The notes: a model not told the origin generated them from the letters alone. 64,000 nt of DNA from Ruditapes philippinarum (GCF_026571515.1 NW_026855312.1:124001-188000), one strand, 5' to 3'. Shown: positions 25,701-38,200, counted from the stretch's first letter. Numbers and translations are program-made.

Positions 25701-27542
25701 GGTTGAGATTATAATTAAGATCGCCTCTCTTTTTTCCATCTACAAAAATTATAGCTTCATTAGCCTTAGCCTTTTGAAAAGAACTCTTTAATTCTCTCGT
25801 TGTTTCATTGCTTCCAAAGTATCACCCCTTTACCGTGATTTTAGAAAAATACTAATAGAATCTAAAATAAAAATCATTCTCTATTCATATTAAATGCAAA
25901 TTTCCCTTGCATGCTTAATATTTAACCAGAAAACCGCAAATAATTGGTCCTATTGTATTGTACTAATTACAAAAACCGTAAGTGCTAGTAGTACCTTGAT
26001 GTAAAATGTGGTCTCATTAATCATTCTTACATTTCATGTACCATCATTTTTCAGTATATGTACATGCTATGTGTAATTAAATTTACGTATCATATGCTGT
26101 ATAATGTATATGTAATGTTGTATTGAGCTTGTTATGCTTATACCAATTAATGCTCTGTTAAATGTAACAAAAGTGACGGAAAGAAGTTTTTAAGCTTCAC
26201 GACAAAACCAACATAGTGCGTTTGCGACCAGCATGGATCCAGACCAGCCTGCGTCCGCGCAGTCTGATCAGGATGCATGCTGTTCGCTTACCAACCCTGT
26301 TACAAGTAGAGAAACTGAAAGCGAACAGCATGGATCCTGATCAGACAGCGCGGATGCGCAGGCTGGTCTGAATTCATGCTTGTCGCAAACCCATTATGTT
26401 GGTTTTGTCATGGCACGTCTCAAATATTGTTGTAACTAAAAGTGACAACCGCAATTTACACATAGATAAGTATGATTATTTGGCTATAATAAAGTATATT
26501 TACGCCAATCGCACATGCCCATGATAGCTCGATAATCATTTGTGAACACTTATAGGGGTATTAAAGTACTGTATTTCAAAATATATGTATATACCAACTT
26601 TTTCTCAATCTTGACACTGCTGTAAAATAATATTGGAAGAAAAATATCAAAAGCGTGACATTGAAAAGTAAGATTTTTTATTATTTTTTTTCTACAAAAA
26701 CCAAAGATAGAATGAAAATGTAGAAACAATCATTTAAATACATAACCTGATGAAACTTAAAGTGATCACTCCTTTTTATTATTATAGAGCCAGGTCAGCA
26801 TCCGTGCTATCTGGCCTGGCGGGAGGCTTCCTTTATTTTATTGTTTTTCCGTGTTGGAACAATACATGTGACAATAGCCAGACACAAATCGTGGCCAGTG
26901 ATAAAAAAGAAATATATATTTTACAGGGTATTGCCACAGAAATTCATCCACTTTACCTGATGATGTCTGCAACTGTTGCTTGTTCATTTGCCTTTATGTT
27001 ACCTGTTGCTACTCCACCAAACGCCATTGTGTTCTCTACTGGTTACCTTACAATACCAGACATGGTAAGTAAGACATACATGAAATTATCTTTAGACATC
27101 TTCTGTATTTGTCAAAAAGTGTGATATATTTAAACTTATTCTTTAACCTATTTAGTTTTATTATACAATAAAATTTAAATTCTTGTCAAATAATATGATA
27201 TTATTTAAACTCGTCATGATCGAACCACTTAATGTAACATGTAATTTTAACTTAACTTGTCATTACCCTTCTAATGTTACATGTAGTATACAATAAAATT
27301 AGATGTGTTTTTTTAATATGAAGAATATTTGTAAGAAAATCCTCGAACATTCAATGTGACATAAATGTCTGTCAAAAACAATACAAAATGTCTCTTATAT
27401 ATTTTTCCAGGCTTTGGCAGGTCTGCCGATGAATATAATAGCCGTTTTGTGTCTTACATTTGCTATCAACACGTGGGGTAAATCCATGTACGATTTGGAT
27501 GAATTTCCGGAAATTTTCCTCAACCAGACAGCTTCTACTTAA
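7748..27542 (+). CDS. SLC13: SLC13/DASS-family Na+-dicarboxylate(/citrate) cotransporter, gene A (INDY/NaDC-like), 14 coding exons, ~588 aa with exon 6a or ~581 aa with 6b
   Basis: Exons, all GT-AG with continuous phase: 7748-7855, 11377-11526, 12228-12343, 13550-13683, 14366-14471, 16792-16977 (6a) or 17076-17240 (6b), 19637-19771, 20857-20940, 22019-22129, 22766-22860, 24655-24764, 25394-25555, 26927-27064, 27411-27542 (TAA). Motifs: [24 protein letters not shown] (first SNT), [38 protein letters not shown] (second SNT), [14 protein letters not shown]. Confidence 0.95.
11916..12137 (-). mobile_element. tRNA-SINE family 1, degenerate copy in gene A intron 2
   Basis: GGGATTCGAACC...GAGGGGCAAGT...CGACCTTAACCACTCGG is shared with the 29755-30017 copy. 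Confidence 0.7.
12530..12810 (+). mobile_element. tRNA-derived SINE family 2 (Meta-SINE-like central domain)
   Basis: A box TAGCTCAATAGGTAGAG and B box GGTTCGATTCCC, followed by GATTAATCATGAAATCGTTTCTACGGTCATTC, which resembles the conserved mollusc SINE core. No tRNA acceptor stem closes. Confidence 0.65.
15395..15557. repeat. ~57-bp degenerate tandem repeat, ~3 copies
   Basis: GAACTTTTTG(A/C)AACGT recurs at ~15424, 15481 and 15539; the first two copies continue CCCCAGATAA. Confidence 0.65.
16792..16977 (+). CDS. SLC13: SLC13 gene A exon 6a (TM5; TLTGTPPNL)
   Basis: ttttag| ... GA|gtgagt; 186 nt, phase 2/2; [61 protein letters not shown]. Confidence 0.9.
17076..17240 (+). CDS. SLC13: SLC13 gene A exon 6b (duplicate TM5 exon; TVTGSPPNL), candidate mutually exclusive exon
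   Basis: tatag| ... AG|gtaagt; 165 nt, phase 2/2, no stops; [54 protein letters not shown]. The exact acceptor is ambiguous (in-frame AGs ending at 17075, 17078, 17081, 17087). Confidence 0.8.
19162..19310 (+). mobile_element. tRNA-SINE family 1, 3' half
   Basis: GAACGTCGGTGGTTCTA...GTCTTCTTTCACCAGTAAAGCCGGAAAGTCGTCATATGACCT...GCGACGTAAAACAAAC matches the family tail. Confidence 0.7.
20575..20795. repeat. 39-bp minisatellite, ~5.5 near-identical copies, just upstream of exon 8
   Basis: Unit TGATTTAAAATTGTTATATAATATTCAATCGTTGAATGT; one copy has an internal deletion. Confidence 0.9.
21270..21820. repeat. Degenerate ~59-bp tandem repeats plus a ~110-bp local duplication
   Basis: CTCGTTT(T/C)CATTT recurs about every 59 bp. 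GTCAAAATGTCAAAAATGAT...TGGACTCG...CTGCAAAACCT occurs at ~21517-21618 and ~21722-21819. Confidence 0.6.
23178..23480. mobile_element. Dispersed repeat, copy 1 (copy 2 at 55568-55900)
   Basis: ATTTGTTTGGGTCTCAGAATGTCAGAAAGGTGAAGGTT is identical in both copies and similarity continues ~300 bp; minus strand has a tRNA-like head. Confidence 0.75.
24345..24440 (+). mobile_element. Short degenerate tRNA-derived SINE fragment
   Basis: A-box-like TACCTCTGTCGGTAGAGC, then GGCTGCACATTTTTCTCACCCTGTGACATTT. Confidence 0.4.
25077..25264 (-). mobile_element. tRNA-SINE family 1, degenerate copy
   Basis: GACGTTCCATAAGCTAGCTAGATAGCT...GGAATTCGAACC...GAGAGGCAAGTG...GCCACGGACGCC. Confidence 0.7.
26198..26421. 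mobile_element. MITE, same Sola2-like family, left end truncated
   Basis: CACGACAAAACCAACATAGTGCGTTTGCGACCAGCATGGATCCAGACCAGCCTGCG plus its inverted counterpart. Confidence 0.8.
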
Positions 27543-27581
27543 CTATAGTTAAACCAGACAGCTTCTACCTAACTTTGGTTA
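27522..27581 (+). repeat. 30-bp tandem duplication spanning the gene A stop codon
   Basis: AACCAGACAGCTTCTACTTAACTATAGTTA / AACCAGACAGCTTCTACCTAACTTTGGTTA. Confidence 0.85.
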
Positions 27582-29754
27582 AAAGGCAGTCAAGATACTC
27601 TGTTTTCGTTTTATTTGCCTGTGTCTATCCCCGGGTACTATTATATTATTGTAAATGATTACGGACAGAAAATGATGTAAAACGCAAGGCAACACCTCAT
27701 TAACATTACAGAATAGACCTTCGCTTTCCTACGCCGTGCCGAACTACATAGGATAGAACTTGTAATAAATTAACACATATAAAACCACTCCATTGTTCAT
27801 TTTATAAAGTTGCTACATTTAAAAGACAATTAAAAACACTGTGTAATAAAATGTTCTACGTATATTTTTTACATAAAAGTTAACCGAAATAAACGAGATT
27901 GAAAAAGTGATATTACAATAGCCTTAAAAATATAACGTATCTTTTTTTTTTTAAAATAGCTTATTACACTTTGTTTTAATAACGTAGTAAATTGTCCTTT
28001 CATCTTCATTAGATCTAGAGATACTAATATTTTTATGAAGTGTTATCAGTTTTCGGTAAAAGAAAATTAATTCTTATGACTGTATCCATCTAATTCCATT
28101 ATATATCATTATTTTTTATATTAAAATGTATCAGTTTGCTACGAAATCCATTCAATGGTCGACATGACCTAGCTTTGTAACATTTATAAAACAATGCAAT
28201 GTTTTTCTCGTATGACTAGACAATTGAATAAAACATGCGTGTCCTCCTGCTGTTGGCTTAGGCTATCTTCAATCTTTAATGTATTTTCTGTTGAGAAATG
28301 TTAAAAAAACTTTAACAAAGAATTAAAATCAACCAATTTAGAAACTACAGATCACCGATAAAGTGATTACAAAGATCTACATTAAAAAATCATATACTAG
28401 CAGATGTGAGATTTTAATTATCTTATATTAAAAACATTATTATCTAGAACATATCTAATAATGGTATTTCCTAAATTATTTGTATATTTATATCTTAACA
28501 CAACTATTTTTGTTTTGTTTAAAATGATATTGTCCAAGTATAAGAATCAATATTACAAAAAGAAAACAAGAGGAAACACAATATATAGGAGAAACATGCA
28601 GGGTAAGGAACGCATTTAACGTAAACAAAGATAATTATGGAAAATCTTTATTGTTGTATTGTTGTATATTGTTTTATAATCAGAACCTTATATCCCACTT
28701 TCTTTTAACATATTCAAACATATTTGTATCATTTTTGTCTGTGAATATGCTTGTTTAAAATGTACCTATTGTAACTGATAGGTTAATTCCTTACATACTC
28801 TCTTTTTACCATATATGCTATATTTTGTACATTCCCTTTACAGAAAAATTGTAATATATAATTATGTAAAATAACAATAAACTTTTTTTTGTATACAACG
28901 ATTTTGTTTCTTACACCGTTTTTATGATCCAAAAATAAGTCGCACATACTTTGAAGGCGTCATAAGTTACACCTGTGTGAAATGTAGACAACGAGAACAA
29001 CTTGTGCATGTGCTCACATTTGACTCTTCCTTTCATCTATATAGATAATAATCTTCAAATCTATACATCACTTTTTTTCCTCTGCTGGTTGTGTTTCATT
29101 ATTATATATAATGTTTTATTCAAATCATTTGTAAACTATATATATAAAAGGGAGAAAATCAATGAAATCTTATGAGGCAAGGCAATGAGTTAAGACTATA
29201 CTAGAACCACCGGCTATTGGACTAACTTTAGAAGGCAGTCTGAGACCGACTCAACTGAATAAAACCAATGAATAGTTAGGTGGTAACAGGTACAGAAAAA
29301 TGTTAAATAAAATAAGAAATAGGGAAATGATAAAACCCATTAAAAGACCGGAAGGATTTGACACAGCAAAAGCTATTCATAGTAAGGAAGGAATTGGTAC
29401 AAATTAAGCTATTTAAGAAAAACAGAAATGGACATGTAAAACTCATCAAAATGAGGGAGGCATCACAATAGATGAAGCCTTTAAAAAAGGGAGGGATTGA
29501 CAAAATACTAAACCCATTGACATTGAGAAATGCATTGACACAAATTGAGCTATTCAAATAAGGACGAAATTAGTAAATACATCAAACTACACAGGTATTT
29601 AGAACACTGTGAGAAGGCATTTCACATCGATATGAAATCACTAGTTATGAACGACACATTGATAAGTTTTATATATGAGACATTTCTGGAAAAGTTAAAA
29701 CCGAAAAAACAACTACTTTTATTTCGGTATATGTGCATCCAGGATAAATAGAAA

Positions 29755-30017
29755 TGTTGTTGTTTTACGTCACATCGACACAGTATAGGTCATATCGCGA
29801 CGTTCCAGCTTTTACTGGTGTAGGAAGACCTCAGGTGCCCTTACATGCATTATTTCAGACACGAACGGGCACCTGAGTAGAACCATCGACGTTCCGTAAG
29901 CTAGCTGGATAGCTTCCTCACATGAAAGAATCCAAAGTCCCTGTCGGGATTCGAACCCACAGCGATGAGGGGCAAGTGATTTGAAGTCAACGACCTTAAC
30001 CACTCGGCCACGGACGC
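29755..30017 (-). mobile_element. tRNA-SINE family 1, full-length copy
   Basis: Minus strand: A box GTGGCCGAGTGGTTAAGG, B box GGTTCGAATCCC, ~180-bp body, (AAC)n tail. At least five other partial copies occur in the window. Confidence 0.85.
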
Positions 30018-30795
30018 TATAAAAAGGGGCAACTTAAACATTATTTGGTCAAGAACCTTTAAGGTGACTCGCTACGATATTTATTAGGATATCTTCTTAT
30101 TTCATGACATCATCACATAATTTTAACTGCGATGGATAATAACAAATATGAAATGTTCTGATGCCTTTGAAACACAATCAGTGAACAAAAGAAAATAAAA
30201 AAAAGAAAGAGGTAGTTTAATTGTAAAAATGTTTTGGATATAAAGAAAAATGCAAACAAGCACAGAAAATAATCTGTAAGTTTCGATAGAGACGGTCATG
30301 TTCAAAGTATACAGTTCTCCAGGTGATACATTAAAAAGATCGGCAACAACTTTATAACACACTAACTTACAAGTAAATCAATGAGTTTCACTATAACCAT
30401 CACTCTCCATAATGTAATAATATCATAAATCATACTTATTTCTATTTGGTTTAATTGAATTATTGCTTTCACTTTCAGTAAATCATTTCAAATATCCATC
30501 ATCTACAAATTTTGATAAAAAAGGTATCAAATAATCTAAGATAACAATAATAAAGGCTTGTTGTAATTTTACTATTTGTAGCCGCAAATGTAGGACAAAT
30601 GCTGATTTAAACTTAAAATATAATCAATTTTTCATAGAATGATTGTAACATTGTTTTCCTAACATTAATTGAGGCACTAAGTAACTAATGCAAGCCAGAT
30701 AATTTGGTGTTAATAGTTCGACAACATCGACGTCAATATATGTCGGTTGTTATCAATTACTTATCACTTTAGGGACGCAAAACAGGTTTGGCTTT

Positions 30796-33646
30796 ATGAA
30801 GAATTTTATTTGCGCAAGAAACCTTACAACAATAACAATTCTAGGAGCAGTTTGTCCCCTGCCTGGTACTACACCAAACATGGAGTTTGAACTTGGACAT
30901 ATCCTTTCTATAACTGCTATGGATTTTATAGGACTTTGTGTCAATACCTTGTATCTCTATACAGTGAAGGTATAATATATATTTTATTTCTTAAATTGTT
31001 AAATATTTTCTTTCCATTTTAAGTATTTATTTGAGACACAGAGGCATGAGCAAAAGCCTGTTTCAAAAAGTTTATAATGTTTTAGTGTTCTTATTATTTT
31101 TCAGTTTCTTTTACCAATTTTTATGTTTTTATTATAATTATTCATCCCGATTAAGATCAAGTTTGTTAACAAAATAAATTGCAATTATAAAGACTTAAAT
31201 TCTGTATTACATGTTATATGTGCGTTTCATAAACGTTAATGAATATGTTTATTTTAGACCAGGACGCTTCATCTAAATGCGATTGATATTCTTCAAGCAT
31301 GTAAAACCGGATTAAGCTTGGTTGCCTTAATTGCATGTATTTGGACAGAATTTTGGCCATGCTCTACAAAAGTATGCACTGGAGTTAAAGGTATAATCAT
31401 TATATTATCATATGCACTTGATTAAAAAGATAAGATGCCCCTTTCAATGCAGTATTATTTTACTTAGCCCAATCATTGGACTAATGTATAAAGGTTTGCG
31501 ATAATGAGTGCAGATATTCCATATATCTTAAATACAAAAATAAGTGAAAAAATAAATAAAGAATAAAACACCCGAATTTGAAGTAATCCCACTCCACTTT
31601 GTCGGTCAAAAATGAAGAAATTCTTTGCACTTGTTTACATTTAATCTAAGATGACATTTTCATATTTCCTGTTACTTTACCCTTTGGAATGACAAGACTA
31701 TATTGACATGCCCTATTTGCTTTAGATACAGCATCTGTACAACAACTGAAATCAATGAATGACTGAGTGGTAAATTTAAATCTGATATTTCAGCCATTGC
31801 AGACATCATGTTCTACTATTCTACCTGCTGTACCTTTCTTGCAATAGCTTTTGTACGATACAAGGCGTGTGAGTATCGCGGTCAAGCCTCACTGTTACTG
31901 ACACAACGGTATGCCATCAAAACCCTACTAATCTGCTTAACGCCGGCTGGAATGTTCTCTACAGCAATTCTTTCTGTGATGATCAACAATAAACCATCGA
32001 GCCTATCAAATGCTACAAGCGTTGATGACATTGAGCTTCTTAGTGGCGACTCTAAAATAGCCTACGAAATCATTCAAATAATTGTTTTTGTGTTGAGTCC
32101 AATTTTCTTGAGCACACTTATGTATTTTAGAATATGTAATGTTGTCACACAAACTGCAAGAACAATGGAAGGATCAATGTCAAACAGAAAACATGACCCG
32201 GCAAAATTGATTACATCATCAGTGACTGTTCTCCTAACGAGTATGATTACAATATGGGGAATATATACTATAGTCAGATTTGTACATATATTTGTTAAAC
32301 TGAACGAACTATATTTTATATATTGGAAACTGGTTGTTTTAATTGTTCAACCAACTGTAGAGGCAATGCTTCATAAAACTGGCAAAAAGCCAATCTCTTC
32401 GAGAGTCCACACGCTATCTCATGCACGATCAACAAGGCAAATTTATCCAGTCGCAACAGCAGGCTATTCAGCAAGTATGATAGAAGACTCTGAAAACACA
32501 ATGATTGGAGGGAAATTGCCAGTTCTTATGGAAGAGTATGAAACACAAGCGAAAACGTCAGATGAACCCGAACACAATCACTCTGACTCAGATAAAGTAA
32601 CCAGCAAAAAAGAGACAATTCGGGTTAGGAGACAGAGTTTCATACATCCACGAGCTTCAGTTGTAATAAAAAATGCGGCTTTGATCGGACTTGAATACCA
32701 AAGTAAAGCGAACATTTTGGATACTTACAATAAAAAGAAAACTTCGACAGGAAAACTGAATTCGGGGTTGCTCAACATAGAAAATGACACTTTTCAAAGA
32801 GCAAGGCGCCTATCAAACTGTTTACGATTTTCTGCTGCTGATGACGGCCATTCATACGATGAAATATACCATTCATATAGAACTTTATATTCACGGAGAG
32901 GCTCAGAAAAGAGCACAAAATCTACCAATTCAAGTGAGCTGTTTGATAACGCACATACCGAAAGACTTAGCAAACAGCATGGAAGAAAAATCTCTTCATC
33001 AAGTGAAGGAAATGAAAGTCCGTCACAGAAGCGTTGGAAAAAACTTTATACCACAGCAAAAACAGCTAGGAAGTTTTCAATGTACCGGAAAGGTAAAAAC
33101 CCTTCTATCGTAGAGGAAGAACATTTGGAAGACACGACCAATGAGTTGCCGATTTTGACAGATAAAAATGTCATACGGAAGTCATGTTTACAACATGCAG
33201 ATCAAGATATAAGCATACCATCCTTTTATCTTGACCAACAACGCCTAAGTCTAGATAGCAGTCCCATACCTAAAAAGAAGAACGTCCCTGAAAAGAAAAG
33301 ATCGATTTCATGTGTCAGCAACGTTTGGATGAAAAATAATCACATGCCCCCTAGAAGGAAAAAATCCGTTTCCTTCACTTCAAACATTGAAGTAGATGGT
33401 GCATCTATGTCAGAAAGGGACGCAAACATGACAAGATCTATCTCATACGACTCTAAGATTCGTATATCGTACAGGAAAGATTCCGATGAGAGGACAGCAA
33501 AGAAGGTGCGACACAGTCATGATCATAAACTAGACAACAAAAACAACAAAAGCGAGAGAAGAGACATAGAGAAATGGTTGAATGATAGGAACACGACTAG
33601 ACAAGAATGTATTGCAAAGTTAATGGAAATGAAAGAGTACTTTTAA
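30796..33646 (+). CDS. Divergent rhodopsin-like (class A) 7TM receptor with a very long C-terminal tail, ~719 aa, 3 coding exons
   Basis: Exons 30796-30969 (start could instead be ATG 30880), 31258-31390 and 31794-33646 join in frame with GT-AG. TM1 FIGLCVNTL, ECL1 WPCSTKVC, TM3 end AIAFVRY (DRY position), TM5 SPIFLSTLMYFRI, TM6 ITIWGIY, TM7 LIVQPTVE. Confidence 0.8.
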
Positions 33647-34522
33647 ATACAAAAGCAAAGTTACGGATAGACATGTAGTACAGTGTTCAGTAATTGAATT
33701 TCCTTAAGTAAAACTTTAATTGCACTTTTCTTTGCATGAAAAGCCAGTTGATTATGAATAAAATCTAAAGAAATAAAAAATAATGAATGTGAAATGCAAA
33801 AGAAGACCGGAATAACAGCAAAGAAATACCTTGTGTTCTTTTTAAAAGTGTCAAGTACTTTATAAATATATAATTAGACATAAAGCCAAGTTTAAATGCT
33901 ATTTTTCAAAGCGATTTATTCAAAGTTGATTCTGAAGTACAATATATATCACTATCTTGATGCAGGTATAAAATTTGGTTATGAAATTCTCATACATTTC
34001 AGTGCCTTTAATTTCAATATCACAACAAAGAGTATAAGATTTGCAACATATGAATGACAGGTGAATAGTAAGTTTTGAATTTTTATGTTTATATGCGAAG
34101 CAGAACTTCTGTTTAGCCAGTATTTGACCATACCCATTTTGATAGGAACCACCAAACCAGGCTAAGTCTGAATTATGGAGTACCCACTGTAAATACTTAA
34201 GTTAAAAGGATTCAGTATGACATAGCAAAATATCTGATTAACTACAGTTTGTGCAAGCTAGCTGGGAAAGTTTTTCTTGACGGCGACATTCATAAGCGTT
34301 ATTATTTTATTAACTGCGAGAGTCGGGATGATGAATGACCTCTCTTTAAACACGTTACATTTTTGAATATTTAAGGCTAAGATAAAACATTTCCACAAAA
34401 CTTCATTAAACATATATGTAATCGTTTTGGATCGTTGATGACATATTCTTTCTACCTTCTTCTTCTAACCCAATTAAAACTTTAGCTAACAATATTTGAT
34501 TGATTGCTTGGAATGAAGCTTC

Positions 34523-34893
34523 TTTTAACCGAAGTCCCCAGTGCAAAGGCCACCGCAAAGTTCTTAAACTTTATTATTGCTTGTTAATTTTCATCTTATT
34601 TGTCATTTCTCTTCAATCTAATGCTATGGACTAAACTTCATAGATCTTTAATCCATTAGACTTTATTTTTGTCCTGGTCATTTCTCCTCAAGTATGAAAG
34701 CTATGGACTTGAAACATCATAGAATGATAGATGTTATTGATAAGAAGTGCAGTGTACAGAAACTGCTGCTCTGCACTTATGATTTTTTTAGTTATTGCCC
34801 TTTGTTATTTTTCATATTTCATTTTTGTCCTGGCCATTTCCCCTAAACTACATTGTTCACAAGGCGACACATCCGACTCGCGGAGTTCTAGTT
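34523..34893 (-). mobile_element. Non-autonomous Helentron/HINE-like remnant
   Basis: Minus strand starts AACTAGAACTCCGCGAGTCGGATGTGTCGCC. Internally repeated TTTTTGTCCTGG.CATTTC and GCTATGGACT units and GTTATTGCCCTT are typical of bivalve tandem-repeat-carrying elements. Confidence 0.45.
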
Positions 34894-35289
34894 TCTCTTA
34901 TTAGTCTATCTCTCATATCTTAAGCTCCGACCATAAATTCATAAATCCTTATCCATTTGGTCTGTGACATTCCGTGGTAATGAATGACATTGAATGTCAT
35001 CTTCCTATACTTTCTTGTTTATATTCAAAATGATGAAGAATACAACTGCAGGCACGTGTATTCGCATGGTAGTTGTGTCAATGTATCTGAACAATAAACG
35101 ATTATATCAACACTGGTCATGAATTCGTCAGTTCTTTTTTCGAGATGAGATGCTGAATACACACATGGGAATAATTCATTGTCGAAAGCCCCGATTAAGA
35201 CAACCAATGAGTGTTTGTTTATGACATCATAGAACTGCTTGTTTAGGGCGTCATCTAATTATTAGTTTATGACATCATCATGTCATCAT

Positions 35290-38200
35290 CTAACTAACAG
35301 GGATTGTCACATTCTTGTTAAATGTGTCTGGAAATGTATCGAGATTAAACATTGATGATCCCCAAGTGTTGATCCCGAGGGTGAGGCATAAAACAGCTAT
35401 AACATTCATTGGAANNNNNNNNNNNNNNNNNNNNNNNNNNNNNNNNNNNNNNNNNNNNNNNNNNNNNNNNNNNNNNNNNNNNNNNNNNNNNNNNNNNNNN
35501 NNNNNNNNNNNNNNNNNNNNNNNNNNNNNNNNNNNNNNNNNNNNNNNNNTAAATCTATCAACGAAAATATTGAAAAAATATTGTTTAAATTGTTTGATAA
35601 GTTTTGTTTTGGTAACATTGGAAAACAAAACAAAATCCTTCAACATTTGGAAAAGCACTAACGCTTTCCATCATACATATTTGATATTATTTGTCATAAT
35701 CTTACTTTAATTTATATTAAAATATATCTATTCCTGTCAAATAAATCATAAAATCCAACGAATTGTGATTAAAATAATGATAAGAAAAACACTGCTCCAT
35801 ACCATATCTGGAATAGTAAGGTAACCTGAAGAAAAGACGATGGCGTTTGGAGGTGTTGCAACAGGTAACATGAAAGCAAAGGAACATGCCACGGTTGCTG
35901 ACATCATAAGGTATAGTGGATGAATTTTTGTTTGTATAGCCTGAAACATAAAGGAGCAACTAGAAGCATCAACAGGGCAACAACAGGGCAACAACAACAA
36001 AACAACAACTAAAACAAATGACAACAATAAAATAAAGTACCTGACTTGCATGAAATCGCAAGAAAATATTGTTTGCAGACCATTTCATTTTGTTAAACTA
36101 AGAGGATTAAAACAGTTTCAATGACACTTTAGGAAATTCGAATATGCTATCTAGTACATTTTAAAGGAAAAAAAAAAGAAACGCAAACAATTGCGGTTCA
36201 TGATAATTGTTTTTATTTATTGACAATTCAGAAAGAAAAACACCAAACACACTTTTAATGAAACTTAATATTATAAAAAATATACTTTTACAAATACAAC
36301 TGCCATGTGTTAGAGTTATCTGACAAGATAATGAAATATGACATACCAGTTCAGAGAGTATTGGCATTAATAAGGTAGCTGAAGCTGTGTTACTGGTAAC
36401 TTCAGTGGCTCCTGCCACAATAAAACAGATAATCAAATTCATAATCCAACTATCCATGCTTGAAAATACCCGCAGTTCGTAACCAACCCATTTGGACAGG
36501 CCAGATTTCTGTAAAACGATATCCAATACAAAAGCCATAAGGAACATGTAATATTAGTACTTCATAGTTTCACTTTATGTAGTGCATACATGAGCTGTTT
36601 ATAATCAAATGGAATGATATTGATATATTCTAAAGAATGTTCTATACCGTGATGTTAACACTAAAAGAAATAAAGTAATTCAAACTAATTATTTGAAGTA
36701 ACGGAAACTTTTGTCTACAGTTTATGTCTACACTGTGGATGAAACGAAATAATAAATATATTGTACACGTCTGTCAAATCTAAGAATGTTACCTTTAATG
36801 ACAAATACCATCCAATCATTATCAATACGTTCGTAAGAAATCAAATCTTTTATTATAATAGTGACATATGTAAATGTAATAATGATAACAAATATAGATT
36901 AAACAAACTTCCGAATCAGAAGCGTTTCAACTAAATAATATAATGGCAAAACCGCTATAACATTCTACAAATGGTAAAATATTTTAGTTGAAGTTATAAA
37001 AGTGATTGATGGTTAAAATAATAAAACTTAATAGTGTACCAGTCTACCGTATGTTTAACATATATTTAAAGGAAGGAGAAATAAATAACTTAGAAAAAAA
37101 TGTCTTACAATTCATTTGTTGTGCACAAATTTAGAATACAATGTACTTTAAAAATGTTACGCCTTCGCAACTTTCTAGAGAAAATTGTTTTTAAATTTAT
37201 TTACGGTTGTCTTTGAAATATATGCTCGTAGCTTAGAGTTTTAAGTACGAAACCATATATATGTTAGTTCTTGTAGTTATATAAGGCACGAATCTTATAC
37301 ACATACCTTACTGGCATCTGCAATGGCGAATCCGCCTCCAAGTAGAACTATAACACCCCAGGGAAGCTTCTGACAAACTGTCTTCCAGTCTATGAGGGGA
37401 GTGTATGATGGTTTGTCTGAAATAAAGATTAAATTTCTAATATACTACATCGGAAACAGTCAGTATCATTGTTTTGGTTATACGAAAATAACTTTATTTT
37501 ATCCGTATATTTTATAAACAAGCTTTACCGTCTTTTGCAAGCCAAAAAACTCTAGGCTTTTCCGCCGGAAGTAGAAACAGAAGAATGCTGAGCAAAATGC
37601 ATGGTGTAGAATCTGAGACAAATCTGAAAATAAATCAAACAGGAAGTTAACTTACAAAATGTCTTATTTTTATGGAAAAAGCAGGAAACGTAAAAATCCA
37701 GACACAGTGCATTAATATACTACTTTTCTTTTTCATTTTTTTTACCTTGAATTTCACAAATACTTCCAGGAATAGTTTATCCTTATTTAAGATATGTTCC
37801 TTGTGATACATTAGTGACGCAGTCAACTACACGTATTTAAGTTATTTCTTTTTCTGATAAAATAAGCTTTGGGTAAGCTACTCATCAACAACTTTTTTTT
37901 TTTTAACTTTGTCACACAATAAATCGTTTATAATTATTATGATATTATATTGTTGAAATAAAGGCTAACAAACATAAAGTCTGTCATTTAACCTTTAAAC
38001 CGTTAAATTTCTTGAATGAACATATCTCTATTTCATTCAGATCACATTTAGGGAAAATGAAAAACATGAAGAGACTGAATAGAGAAAAGTGCAAACTATG
38101 ACAAGACGGAGTGCATCAAATATTAAACTTGGTGTCGCTTGGAGAAAAAAAATGTTTCCCATTAGCAGTCATCATAAAATATAACATTGGACTAAGTACT

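Noticed and set aside
29160-29750. A-rich stretch with short ORFs, possibly a retroelement relic
   Set aside because: No diagnostic RT or EN motif could be recognised.
29930-30017. tRNA-Leu/Ser-like gene and the 63-aa ORF 29812-30003
   Set aside because: Head of a multi-copy SINE.
32784-33113. Overlapping alternative-frame ORF (109 aa) in the GPCR, and antisense ORF 60814-61146 in the FKRP-like gene
   Set aside because: No recognisable motifs; expected by chance in shadow frames of long coding exons.
35200-35290. SECIS-like AUGA/GA element in the gene B 3'UTR
   Set aside because: Spacing to the AA loop is wrong and no in-frame UGA is seen in gene B.
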